The notes below the pieces were generated by a model. That model saw only the letters and a program-made list of their open reading frames with translations, made no database searches and had not been told where the DNA came from. A stretch of 63,564 nt of DNA, the filler included, from Reclinomonas americana ATCC 50394 (taxonomy: Eukaryota), in assembly GCA_048213135.1 (NCBI GenBank). It is 16 parts of 13 records of this genome, joined end to end, with 100 filler letters (N's around TTAATTAATTAA, not from the genome) between each part and the next. Parts side by side here need not be neighbours in the genome. Positions count along the whole stretch, not along the records: positions 1 to 1,803 come from PS016094.1; positions 1,904 to 8,191 come from PS016095.1; positions 8,292 to 15,089 come from PS016096.1; 13 more parts are not named here. One strand, written 5' to 3'. Shown one piece after another: positions 1 to 11,464 of the stretch. The stretch's first letter is position 1. Each line of letters begins with the position of its first letter. The position numbers were made by a program, and so were the translations under genes.

Positions 1-264
1 GGAGAGGAGAGGAGAAGGAGGAGAAGGAGGAGAAGGAGAGGGAGAGGGGAAAGGAGAGGGAGAGGAGAAGGAGAAGGAGGAGAGGAGAGGGAGAGGGAGA
101 GGGAGAGGAGAAGGAGAAGGAGGGGAGGAGAAGGAAAGGAGGGGAGGAGAAGGAAAGGAGAGGGAGAGGAGAAGGAGAGGAGAAGAGAAGGAGAGGAGAA
201 GGAGAGGAGAAGGAGAGGAGGAGGAGAGGGGAAGGAGAGGGGAAGGAGAGGAGGAGAGGAAGAC

Positions 265-575
265 TTGGTCGCGTAGAGACTATGAGAGTCAAGAATGACG
301 AGGGGAGAGGAGAGGAGAGGAGAGGAGAGGAGAGGAGAGGGCATCGCTCTTGCACACACAAGCACAAACCATCCAGTCAGGCATCTACATACGAGTGGCA
401 AACAAAGGTGAGAGGCGTGCTCCATCATTCACACACACACAAACACAAATGCACACGCAACATTGCTGGGCGTGCCTGCCGTGTCAGCCAGAGTCGCCGG
501 GCAAATGGTGGCCTCGGCGACAAGCACTGCGCATAGTGCCACAAAGGCAACGAGAAGCAGAGTGCCTACTCTCAT
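265..575 (-). CDS. 5' part of a secreted protein (signal peptide; possibly PI-PLC-X-like), 3' truncated
   Basis: Exon 1 at 575-462 reads MRVGTLLLVAFVALCAVLVAEA...PSN and is followed by the donor GTTGCGT. Next come a 15-nt exon 384-370 (MPDWM) and a possible 15-nt exon 279-265 (SLRDQ). DWMS-x-x-D only weakly recalls PI-PLC X-domain N-termini. Confidence 0.5.
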
Positions 576-1044
576 GTTACTTTTTGGAAAAACAAAAATT
601 GTATGTGGATATCCGAGTGAATATCGCGAGCAACTCAAGTCCCAGTTTGGCCGGGTTTACAGCGCGTGTTTAAGCAACAACACCAGCTGCTGCTGCTGCT
701 GCGTGATGAACAGCTGCGTGGTGATCGCCGTGGTGAACGAGTGCCGATAGAATGAGACCGCCGGCACCCATGGCCAGCAATGTGCGAGAAAGTCGAAATT
801 TCACGATGCGTTTCTGTAGCTATAGAGTACTGCTGGTCGACGTCGGTTCAGCGAAGTCGGGAAGTCTGAGTCATTGCTGCCGCTCTGGATAAAGAAAGGC
901 AACACGCTGGCAAGCGAGTCGTGTTCGTACCGCGCCCACCACCAGCCACCACCGATATGAGCCTCACCAACAACATGACAAGCTCTCTTGTGTTTCAACC
1001 ACGCCACCAACGTACGACACCACCACTGGTTTTGCTTTGCCTGC

Positions 1045-1325
1045 TTCAGATCCGGACCCTGCTTTGCTTTGTTTTGCCTGGCTTATGGCCTTTTCCCGAA
1101 TTCGATGTGCCGTGTACCATCGCAGAAAACGCTATGCGTCAGCAACATGGATTTTGCGAGTCTGAAGTACTCGCTCATTGGAAACCCTTATCTTTCTGGT
1201 ACGAAAGAACGAGCAAATGCGTCACATCCTCTGGCCAACCACGCTTATGCGGCGAAGATTTGTGTTGACGTTTTGGATATGGTTGAACTTGGTCATCAAG
1301 ACAGCTGTTGCTTGTTTGTTGGTGT
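1045..1325. repeat. Dispersed intergenic repeat, copy A
   Basis: 1045-1260 matches the reverse complement of ~31840-31985 (gatccggacc...gcttatggccttttcccgaattc...cgcagaaaacgctatgcgtca). The core 1259-1325 matches 11225-11310, 15258-15297 (partial), 31683-31760 (rc) and 48348-48398 (rc). Confidence 0.85.
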
Positions 1326-1411
1326 CATATCGGTGAACTTGGTCAACAACCCAGTTGTCGCCTGTTCGTTTGTTACTCGTTCTTCATTCACTATCCTTCT
1401 CTGCATACCGC

Positions 1412-2233
1412 TCACAAATACTGCCCCTTCTCCACGCACTTGTGCACCACCACCTCCGCCTCCTCCACCATGAAACACCGCATCACAATTTCCACCAAGC
1501 ACCATCGACCGCCGTCCGCCCATTGCAGGAGCTCCTGCACCGCCTTTGTGGCCACTTGCGCGCACTGCAGCTCTCGACTGGCCAAACCACACGCAGTGGA
1601 CCACACGCGCATTATGTTGTCCCTGCAGCTACTCACAATGTGCTGTCCGCATCGAGTGACGGCCACACACGACACGACAACATCCGGCTCCTGCAGCCTG
1701 TGCACTTCTGCACCGCTCGCCACCGACCACACTCGCACCGTGCCGTCCCAGCCCCCACTGACAATGTAGCGCGGCGACGAAGCGGCGCCGGCAGCAGGCA
1801 CAANNNNNNNNNNNNNNNNNNNNNNNNNNNNNNNNNNNNNNNNNNNNTTAATTAATTAANNNNNNNNNNNNNNNNNNNNNNNNNNNNNNNNNNNNNNNNN
1901 NNNATCGGAGGTGACGGCAACAGCGTACACGGAACCCGCGTGTTTCTCCAACAGCCTCACCTCCTCGCCACTCGCCAGTGACCACACTCGCACGCGCTTG
2001 TCTGCTCCGCCGCTCACAATGAGCTGGTCGTCGGGAGTAATGGCCACAGAGTACACAGATCCAGCGTGGCCCTCCAGTCGGCGCACCTCCTCGCCACTCG
2101 CCAGTGACCACACTCGCACAGTGCCGTCGCGACTGCCACTCACCACCAGTCGATCGTCGCGAGTGCAGGCGACAGACAGCACTGCATTGGTGTGCCCGTG
2201 CACGTGCGTGCAGTGGAATGCAGGGAGGGACAT
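1412..2233 (-). CDS. WD40-repeat protein (interrupted by assembly spacer 1804-1903)
   Basis: Repeats GHTNAVLSVACTRDDRLVVSGSRDGTVRVW, GHAGSVYSVAITPDDQLIVSGGADKRVRVW and IVSGGWDGTVRVW; ATG at 2233, stop at 1412. Confidence 0.9.
1804..1903. other. Artificial contig spacer N-TTAATTAATTAA-N
   Basis: Same ~100-nt spacer with stops in all frames; recurs near 8192, 15090, 22692, 27909, 29255, 30996, 32106, 35828, 40340, 44214, 48618, 49933, 55696 and 61087. Confidence 0.97.
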
Positions 2234-2571
2234 GTGAGAAGAGGGGAGAAGGGAGGGGAGAAGAGGGAAGGGAAGGAAAAGGCGAATGGACAGGGAGGAA
2301 TCGGAGGGAGACAGGAAGGGAGAAGAGAATGGAAGGGAGGGAGGACGAAGGAGGACGAGAGAGGAGTGCAAAGTGAGAATGAAGAGAAGGATTGGGAAGG
2401 AGCCAGAGAGAGGAACAGAGAGGAAGATGATGGAAGAGAGAATGTGAAAGAGAGAGAGAGAGGGAGAGAGACTGCGAGTGATCGCTGAAGTACGCGAGTG
2501 AAGAGTGAGCGCGTGAGAGACAGTGAGAAAGCGTTGTATGACTACGTGTGTCCTGCACAGGCAACAACTCA

Positions 2572-4617
2572 ATGCATGTGAGCGATGCACTCACACAGCC
2601 TCGCATTCTTGTGTGGCTCTTGATTGGTGGTGCACTGCTCGTCACCTTGGTGCTGCTCTATCGCAACAGTGACGCGGTCAGTGATCACATTCTCTCTTTG
2701 TGTTCTCTCTCTCATGTGTGTGACTGTGCAGGGTCGTCGCATTCGAGTGTGCATTATGCATCCGGTGACCTCGAATGGTTTGCCGCCCAACTCTGATATT
2801 CTCACACAGCCGTCCATGTCGGCGTTTGTGCCGTCGTTGATTGCCACGGGCGAGGCCAAGTATGAGGTGAGTGTGAGGGAAGGGGAAGGAGAGGAGAAGG
2901 GGAGGAGAAGGGGAGGAGGAGGGGAGGTGAAGAGGAGGAGAGGGGGAGGAGAAGGGGAGGAGAAGGGGAGGAGAGGGGGAGGAGAAGGGGAGGAGAAGGG
3001 AGGAGAAGGGGAGAGGTGAGGAGAAGGGGAGAGAGGGGAGGAGTAGGGAGGAGAAGGGGGNNNNNNNNNNNNNNNNNNNNNNNNNNNNNNNNNNNNNNNN
3101 NNNNNNNNNNNNNNNNNNNNNNNNNNNNNNNNNNNNNNNNNNNNNNNNNNNNNNNNNNNNNNNNNNNNNNNNNNNNNNNNNNNNNNNNNNNNNNNNNNNN
3201 NNNNNNNNNNNNNNNNNNNNNNNNNNNNNNNNNNNNNNNNNNNNNNNNNNNNNNNNNNNNNNNNNNNNNNNNNNNNNNNNNNNNNNNNNNNNNNNNNNNN
3301 NNNNNNNNNNNNNNNNNNNNNNNNNNNNNNNNNNNNNNNNNNNNNNNNNNNNNNNNNNNNNNNNNNNNNNNNNNNNNNNNNNNNNNNNNNNNNNNNNNNN
3401 NNNNNNNNNNNNNNNNNNNNNNNNNNNNNNNNNNNNNNNNNNNNNNNNNNNNNNNNNNNNNNNNNNNNNNNNNNNNNNNNNNNNNNNNNNNNNNNNNNNN
3501 NNNNNNNNNNNNNNNNNNNNNNNNNNNNNNNNNNNNNNNNNNNNNNNNNNNNNNNNNNNNNNNNNNNNNNNNNNNNNNNNNNNNNNNNNNNNNNNNNNNN
3601 NNNNNNNNNNNNNNNNNNNNNNNTCCATTACCTTCACATGTGGCTCTTCTCTACTTGTCGCGCGCTCTCTCTCTCTCTCTCTCTCTCTCTGACAGCGTCG
3701 AAATCAATCCACGACTGCATCGTCTCCGTTCTCCGCTGCTTCACCCGTTTCGCCTTTCTCCCCACGTGTTGCCTTTTTCACTTACTTCTCTCTCACCCCA
3801 CGTCTCTGCCTCTGGCCCCTTTCCCCTCCCCCTTCATTCTCATCAACCCTTCTCCCTTATCCCCCCTTCCCCTTTCCCGCAGTACATCATGTACATCGGC
3901 TTCGACTTCTGGGACCGCGTCTACGACAACACGGCCAACCAACAACAGTACGAACGCCGCTTGCAGGAGCTGCTCGCCGCCTCTCCCACCTCCCCACCAC
4001 TCTCGATTCGCGTCAAGTGGATTCGTCTGTACGGCCTGCAACAGCGCATTATTGGCATCTGGAACGTGCTGGCGCTGCAGGCGTACGACGACGGCTGCGA
4101 CTACTTTTTCCCCTCGAACGACGACATGCGGTTGCTGACGGCCGGATGGACGAGTGTGGCCATTCGGCAGCTGGTGGAGGAGAACAAGGTGATGCCGAAT
4201 TTCGGCGTGGTGGCCTTCTCCGACGACACCTCCAACTACCCGACCTTCCACCTCACGCATCGCACGCACATGGAGGTGTTTGACCTCACCTACTACCCGG
4301 TGCACTACAAGTCGCTGCACTGCGATCCGTGGATCTTTGACAATTATGGCATCTTTGAGGGGGCGATCAAGCGACTCGATCTGCTGGTGACGAATCACGT
4401 GGGTGCGGCGGGTGATCTCGACCAGCTGCCGTCGCGCTACGACAATCTCGCTCCACCCGACGGCGCCGGTGCGCTCATTCGCCGCTGGCGGGTGCACACG
4501 TGGCATTGGCTGCATGCGCGCGGCAAGCTGCCACCAGAAGCACCACGGTTGGAGGATGTGCCGAAGAAGCCGTTTGATCAGTGGACGTATGCGCATTTGC
4601 TGCGGCCACTGCCTTGA
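2572..4617 (+). CDS. Type II membrane glycosyltransferase (GT-A fold), at least 3 exons
   Basis: Exon 1 encodes an N-terminal TM (ILVWLLIGGALLVTLVLL). Exon 2 ends at ...AKYE|GTGAGT. The large exon from 3883 reads YIGFDFWD...WNVLALQAYDDGCDYFFPSNDD...NFGVV...HRTHMEVF...DPWI, with acidic DxD-like motifs. TGA at 4617. Confidence 0.75.
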
Positions 4618-5465
4618 GAGAGTGAATATTGGGGGCTTGTTTAGAGTGGGAAGTGTGGGGGTAGGCGGCAGAGGAGGTCGTTGTTATTGTGGGTGTTGTT
4701 GTTGTTGTTGCTCCTCTTCTTTGTCTTCTTCTTCTCTCACGCGTCTCGCTTTTCTTCATTGTGGCGTGCGTCTTTGTTCTCCTCCTTCTTCTTTCGGCAA
4801 TCTTCATCTTCGAAGGGCTCTCGTTTTCTTGTTCCCCTCCTATTTTTCGTGATATTGCTGCCGTTGTTGTTCTACATCTCCATCTCCTGCTGCTCTCTTT
4901 CCGGCTTTCTTCGCCCTCCTCCTCCGCTTGTGTGGCCATGTGCTTTACTTGCACAATCTTCGTCTCAAGTCGCACGATCCAGCCTCCCTCTTTGCCCTTC
5001 GCTTTTTGTTGCCGTGTAACCTTACGAAGCTTCTTCTTGTTCTCGTTCGTCACGCTGCTGACCTTGTTTTTCTTTCTATTCTGTATCTCCATCTCCTTCT
5101 CCTCCTAGAGCGAGGTGCTGTAAGGCTCTTCTTGTTGTCGTTCATCTCTTGTTTTCTTCACTGCGTCTCTTTCTCTTCCTTCTTTTTCTCACAGTACTCT
5201 GTGCTTTTGTTCTACTTCGCTGTCTCTCCTCTTCTCCTTCCCACTCCGGCCCCTCCTTCGGCCCCCTTCTTGCATCCGCCATGGACGACGTCAATTGTCT
5301 CGCACGTCCTTGCATTTCTTGCGAATTAATCAAAGATCGTGATGTTTTGGACCACAAAGAGGCAAAAACTGCGACGATGCCACCCACCAAGTGACAAAAA
5401 ACAGAGATCCAAAATCAGGTCTATGTGTTGTCGTCCCGTCGGATCTGGCGTATCTGGCGTGACAG

Positions 5466-8191
5466 GATCTTCAACACTCCGCGACCAGCGCGCGCTTGTT
5501 TGTTTACTCAATGGTGAGCACGCACTCACACTTCAGTCTTCATTTTCAGGGCCTCACTCTCTCTTGTCTCTCTCTCTCCCCCCGTCTCTCTGTCAGACAT
5601 CAACATCGTGTGATCGCGACGACGACGTGTTCACCAAGGCCGGTGGCAGCACCGACCTTTACGACGCAGTGGAGATGATTGTGGACGATCGCGAGAGTTC
5701 AATGTTGCGCAACGAAGATAGTAAGAGTGAGAGATGGATCGTCGTTTGTTGTCTTGTTCTCATCCTTGTTCTTGTACTCATTCTTCTTCTCCTTGTTCCT
5801 CTTCTTCTTCTCCTTCTTCTTGTCCTCCTCCTTCCCTCTCGTTCTCCTTCTTCTTCTTCTTCTTCTCCTCCTCCTTGTTCCTCTTCTTCTTCTCCTTCTT
5901 CCTTCCTCCCCTCCACAGCTCCCGCGCAGAGAGACAGCGTGAGATTGTGCTGCGCTCGGTGCGTCACTTGGAGTACCTGAGTCGCTCGGGATGTGTGCGC
6001 CACTTGGACTTGCGAGGTACACCAAAAAGGGCAATGATCTCTTGGCCTTTCAATGCGTAACACTGCGCGCACTCAGGTCTGGCGCTCAACTTGGACAGCA
6101 GCTCGCGTGGACAGGATGTCTCCATGGCGATCGACCACTGCGCTGACGATATGACGGCCATCACCACTGTTGGTGAGTGAGTTGTCCGCGTGTCGGAAAT
6201 CGGATCAACTTGTTTGTGCCTGTCGCGCTCACCTGTTTTTTTTCTTGTTTTGTGGTGCTGTGTAGGTTGCAAGTTGGTCGACGATGATATGTGTGCGGTC
6301 GGCGAGGCGTTGCGGAATGTGCCGTCGTTGTCGACTGTGGATTTCTCATGTTGCGCGCGTGGGCGCACCAGGGGATCTTTCTGTGTGCTCGTTCTCTCAC
6401 GGCGTGCTGACTTGTCGATGCAGCGAACCTGCTGTCGCGTGATGGCGTTCTCTTGCTGTGCGCGGCGCTGGAGGATTGCGAGCATCTCACCGATCTCGAC
6501 ATCTCTTGTGAGTGATCGATGGCAGCTATATTTGTGTCCTTCCTGTCTTACGCCATTCGTGGGTGGGGATGCAGTCAACGACTGTCACGACTCGGATGCT
6601 TGCTTGGTGAGTTGGCAGTTGGTCGTCGCTGCTGTCGTTGTGCCGCTGATCTCACTCTTGCCTGCAGGCCGTGGCGAGATTACTGCAGCGGAATTCGGTG
6701 ACGGTGGTGCGGATGAAGGGTGCGTGTGGATCCAAGAGGAGGCAAGAGATGGGAAGAGGGAGAAGAGAAGGGGAAGAGAGTGGAGTGGAGGGGAGGGGAG
6801 GGAAGAGAAAAAAGAAAAGAAAAAGAGAAAAGAAGAGAGGAGAAAAAGAAGAGAAGAGAAGAGAAGATGTATCGCAGCGCACTTGTCACACCGTCGAGAG
6901 CTCTTCCACCAAGATGGGAGAAAGTGAACAGACAGAGAGGGGGGAGGAGGGCAGAAGATAAATCAATGCGGTGAAGTCGTCGTACGTCGAGTTCTCCTCT
7001 GCAGCAGTTCGAGAAGGGGAAAATGAGAGAGAGAGAATGAGTAGAAGGGAAGGGAAGGGAAGGGAAGGGAAGGGAAGGGAAGGGATGGGAAGGGAAGGGA
7101 AGAGATGGATTGACAGATCACAGCATTGCAGTTAACGTTGTCACTTCATCGAGAGCTCTTCATCCCAGATGTGAAAAGGGGAACAGGGGGGGGGGGGAGG
7201 GAAGAGGGCAGATGACGGAGCAATGCGGTGGAGTCGTCAAAGTCGAGTTCTCCTCAGCAAAGAATGAGAAGGGGAAAGGCAGTGTGAAAAGAGAAGAGAA
7301 GAGAATGGAAGAGAAGAGAAGAGAACAAACGAGAAGGCATCGACACGCACTGTCTCGGTTTTGTGGAGCGAGAAAGAAGGAGGGCAGAAGTCAAAGCGAA
7401 GCGGCGGAGTCGTCGTACGTCGAGATCTTCTCAGCAGCTGTATGAGAAGGGGAAACTGAGAGTGAGAATGAGGAGAAGGGAAGGGAAGGGAAGAGAAGGG
7501 AAGAGAAGAAGAGATGAGTTGGCAGAGCAAAGCATCGCAGCCGTCACACCGACGTCGACGAGAGCTCTTCATCCCAGATGTGAAAAGGGGAACAGGGGGC
7601 AGGAGGGCAGAAGGCAGAGCAATTCGGCAGAGTCTTCTTACGTCAAAGAGACAGAGAAGGGACCAAGAGAGAAGACATCATGCACCGTCTCACCTTGCGT
7701 GCACAGCGTGCAATATCGTGGACGCCGGGTGTGCGGATCTGGCTATCGCCCTCTCCGATCACAACTCTGTCATTCGAACGCTCGTGGTACGTGTCCCCCG
7801 TTCTCTCTCTCACTCCCCTTCTCTCCGCCTCTGACCTCTCCACGCACAGCTCTCCGACAACAGATTCTCGCACAAGGGCGCGGCCATCATCTGCCGGGCG
7901 CTGAGATACAACCTGTGCATTCGCAACCTACTCGTTGGATGTTACGTCTTCGCTCCCCTCCCCTCCTCACCACTCAATCGACTGCTGACCCCCCAAGCTT
8001 GCCGCACAGATCCCCGCATGGTCCGCGTGATCCAGCCGCTGATTGACATGAATGGCGAGATCGAGTTGCTGCTGCGTGCATGGCGGTCGCTGTGCGAGGG
8101 CGACACCTCCTCGGTGAGCATGCTGGGTCGGCTGGCGGTGGAGACGGCACACAACTATGCCATCTGGTGCCGGAGAAACATGGCACGAGAC
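5466..8191 (+). CDS. Leucine-rich-repeat (RNI-like) protein; 5' end uncertain, 3' truncated
   Basis: Spliced exons give VRHLDLRGLAL, LSTVDFSSNLLSRDGVLLLCAALEDCEHLTDLDISFND, ACNIVDAGCADLAIAL and IRTLVLSDNRFSHKGAAIICRAL (LxxLxLxxNxL consensus). Confidence 0.8.
6860..7650 (+). repeat. Imperfect intronic direct repeats in the LRR gene
   Basis: Blocks gagagctcttc(a/c)...agatg...aaag near 6895, 7150 and 7560, and gtcgtcgtacgtcgag near 6976 and 7409, in GA-rich sequence. Confidence 0.7.
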
Positions 8192-8695
8192 NNNNNNNNN
8201 NNNNNNNNNNNNNNNNNNNNNNNNNNNNNNNNNNNTTAATTAATTAANNNNNNNNNNNNNNNNNNNNNNNNNNNNNNNNNNNNNNNNNNNNGGACAGGAA
8301 CGAGAGGAAGGAGAGGGAGGGACACATGGAGACAGGGAGGGAAGGGAAGAGAAAAGGAGGGAAGAGGAAAGAGGAGAGAAAAAAGGAGAGACGACAGGAA
8401 GGGAGAGCAGGGAGAGAGAAAAAGAGAATGAAGGAGAGGGAGGAGAGGGAAAGAGGGGACAGAATGAAGTGAGAAGAAACGATGCGAGATGAAACCAGAA
8501 GAATAGATTAGGAGAGAAGAGGAGAGGGATAGGGAACACAAGATCATAACCCAGCAGGAGAGAAAAACAGATGCACACAAACACGCAATGACAGGGAGAG
8601 AGAGAGAGAGACAGAGAGAGAGAGAGAGGAGGAGAGAGAACATAAATCAGCGGCCTTGTAGCGCGTGAGTTGGAAACAGAGCAAACCAACGCAAC

Positions 8696-10425
8696 GCTCT
8701 CCGATACACATACTGCAGATACGATGCCGACTTGCCATCGCTAGCGCCGCCGTCAAATGCTTCGTGTCGTAGATGGCGGGCAGGAGACCCTGCACGCGCC
8801 GCATGAAATTCGAGAACTCCGAGGGGAGCACGGCGTGAAAGTCGTTGAGCAGCAGCGCCAGATCGAGAATCGAGTTGTGAAAGATCACGGGACAGCTGGC
8901 GTCCAGGATTGCGGCGAACAGACCGACCAGCGAGGCTCCGGCGGGCGGTCTCGTCAACTGTGCCACCGAATAAACAAAGTATGCAGACAGCTGAAGAAGA
9001 AGTAAACGTACCGCTGGGTCGCGATTCTTCTTGAAGCGCACGCCATGGAGGAATATTTGCGCCACGTCGATGCCGTGCTCGATGAGGAACTTGAAGGCGT
9101 CGGTGGTCACCGAGAAGTCGCCCTGTGGGAGGAGGTGTGAGTGGAGGGGAAGGGGGGGGGGGAAGGCAACAATATAATGGGTGCATCAAGGGCGGACCTC
9201 GGGCACGCAGACAATGTTGAATGTGTGTGCGGTGAGGCGCCAGTTGCGAGCGGGAGGGAGCTGCGCCGAGAGGGAAAACGGGAAGGAGGGAGGGGGAGAA
9301 GGAGGGAGGAGGGAAATGGGAAGGAGGCACGCGGTTCTCAGTGTTCTCAGTGTGTGCATGCGGAGCGAGAAACGCTTGGCGTGCACAAAAGAGATGAGGA
9401 CGGAGAGGCCTCCCTTCTCTTCTTGCTCACTCACCACCGTCACCGCAGCATCGCCATTAATCGCCTGTCGCCACTGCAACGCCGCCTCACCGGCCTCCAT
9501 GGTAAATACCGACAAACCAAGCTCGACAATCGCATGTCCAGAGGCCAATTGGCGAATGCCAGCATATCGGTCGTCGAGGTTTCTGTCGGCGACAAGAGAG
9601 ACGTAAAGGGTGGTGAGAAAGGAAAGAGAAAGAAAGAAAAGGAGGTGGTAAAGGAGGAGGAGGAGGAGGAGGAGGAGGAGGAGGAGGAGGAGGAGGAGGA
9701 GGAGGAGAAGAAGAAGAAGAAGAAGAACGAGAAGAACGAGGACAGGGATGAGAGTGAGGAGAAAGAAAGCACTCGAGACTGCAGATGGAGTGTATGGGAG
9801 AACAGAAAGTAGGGGAGTAAAGAGAAGAGGAAGAAGGAGAAGGAGAGGACGGAGGAGGGGGAACGGAGAAGCAGGAGGAGAAGAAATGAGCGAAGAGACG
9901 TATCCTCTCCTCACTCACTTTCTCTTCTCTCTCCCCTCCGTGTCTCTTTATGGCTTTGTTTCTTTCTGAATGATCACAAGACAACTTGCTTCTCAGTCTC
10001 CTCCCCACTGACACAAGCAAGACTCTGAAGACAGCAACCAAAAGCACAAAAAGACTCCCTCTCCTTCCTTCCCTCTCCCCTCCCTCGCACAAACCTATCA
10101 TTCAACACTCGCGTGTTGGCACCCAACCCACTGAACTCCGCATCTATGGCCACAAACACAGGAACCTGCTCGTCACTCTGCAAAAAAAGGTCACAAGTGA
10201 GCAGAGACTCAAAAAAAGAGAGGAGGAGGAGGCGAGGAAGAAGAAGAAGGAGGGAGGAAGGGGAAGGAGCAGGAGGAAGGAGAAGGAGGAGGAGGAGGAG
10301 GAGGAGGAAGAAGAAGCAGAAGAAAAGAAGAAGAACAAGGAGAGAGAAGAAGAAGAAGAAGAAGAGAAGAAGAAGAAGAAGAAGAAGAAGAAGGAGAGAG
10401 AGGAGAGATGAGGAGAGATGAGGAG

Positions 10426-10457
<32 letters not shown>

Positions 10458-10789
10458 GAGGAGAACAAGAAGGAGAAGGAGCAGGAGGAGAAGAAGAAGA
10501 AGGAGAAGAAGCAGAAGAAGAAGGAGAGAGGAGGATACAGAAATGGGAATGCAAGAGAGACAGCACAAGAGAAAGAATGCAGTGAGTTAATGCAATGAGA
10601 AGGTGTGTGTGTGTGTGTGCGTGAGAGAGAACGAGAAGGGAGGTAAGGAGAAGAATGAAGAGAGAGAGAGAGAGAGGAGAAGGGCGACAGGGTGGGGAGA
10701 GAATGCAAGAGAGACAGCATGCAGTGAGTGAATGCAACGAGAGAAGCATGAGAAGAGGAGTGTGTGTGACAGAGAGACACGACAAAGAA

Positions 10790-10827
<38 letters not shown>

Positions 10828-10967
10828 ACTCTCTGTCACTCAACAGAGGTGAGAGCGCGCATCAAGTGAGGCCACGCAGATGCAAAGGTGCGTGCATCAA
10901 TGCACTGCACTGTGGGGGCGACTGGCACAGAAGCAGAAGCAGAAGCAGCTGATGCAGAGCTCGCCAT
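8696..10967 (-). CDS. TOE1: CAF1-family DEDD ribonuclease, TOE1-like; 3' truncated, one apparent frameshift
   Basis: Spliced motifs: FASAWPHL..., FVAIDAEFSGLG, LDDRYAGIR...IVELGLSVF, AHTFNI, FKFLIEHGID, PVIFHNSILDL, PAIYDTKH, then SASYLQYVYRR in another frame. Motif order follows TOE1. Confidence 0.8.
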
Positions 10968-11464
10968 CACACACAAACGAAAGAAACAATCAAAGAAACA
11001 ACAGGGCACAAGAGGACGTGATCTTCTTTGTGAAGTCCTCCCTCTCGATCTCTCGCCTTCTCCTCGCGTGTCATATAACGAGAGCACTTGCGCAGGTGAG
11101 CAGCGATGCACCTTGCCGTTCTTTTCATTTCCCGCTTGCTCACGCGAAGGGGCACGGAGGGCGAAGACGTTGCATGATCGATATCGTACACACACAGAAG
11201 AACCTGCTGCTGCTGCCGTCAAGAGTGTTTGTGTTGATGTTTTGGATATGGTTGTACTTGGTCATCAAGACAGCTGCTGTTGCTTGTTTGTTGGTGAATG
11301 AATTGTTGTATACGTAGTTGTGTGCAAAAGACTCGCATGTATATATCTGTGCACCTTGCATGGGTTTGCTTCTGCAATGGGCTTTCAGCTCTCCTCAACA
11401 TCAGAAGAGAGTTGTACTTGGCAGTTGTCGCAGAGAAGGCATCAATGTGTTCATTCGTAAACGT

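Noticed and set aside
1848..1859. Recurrent TTAATTAATTAA
   Set aside because: Synthetic all-frame-stop spacer embedded in Ns.
9600..10840. Long poly-E/K/R or poly-S/L/F ORFs here and in other CT/GA tracts
   Set aside because: These are stop-poor simple repeats inside introns, open in several frames at once.
11225..11310. Intergenic element as a C/D snoRNA (TGATGA on the minus strand)
   Set aside because: The box C word is lost in the 31.7-kb copy and there is no consistent box D or terminal stem.
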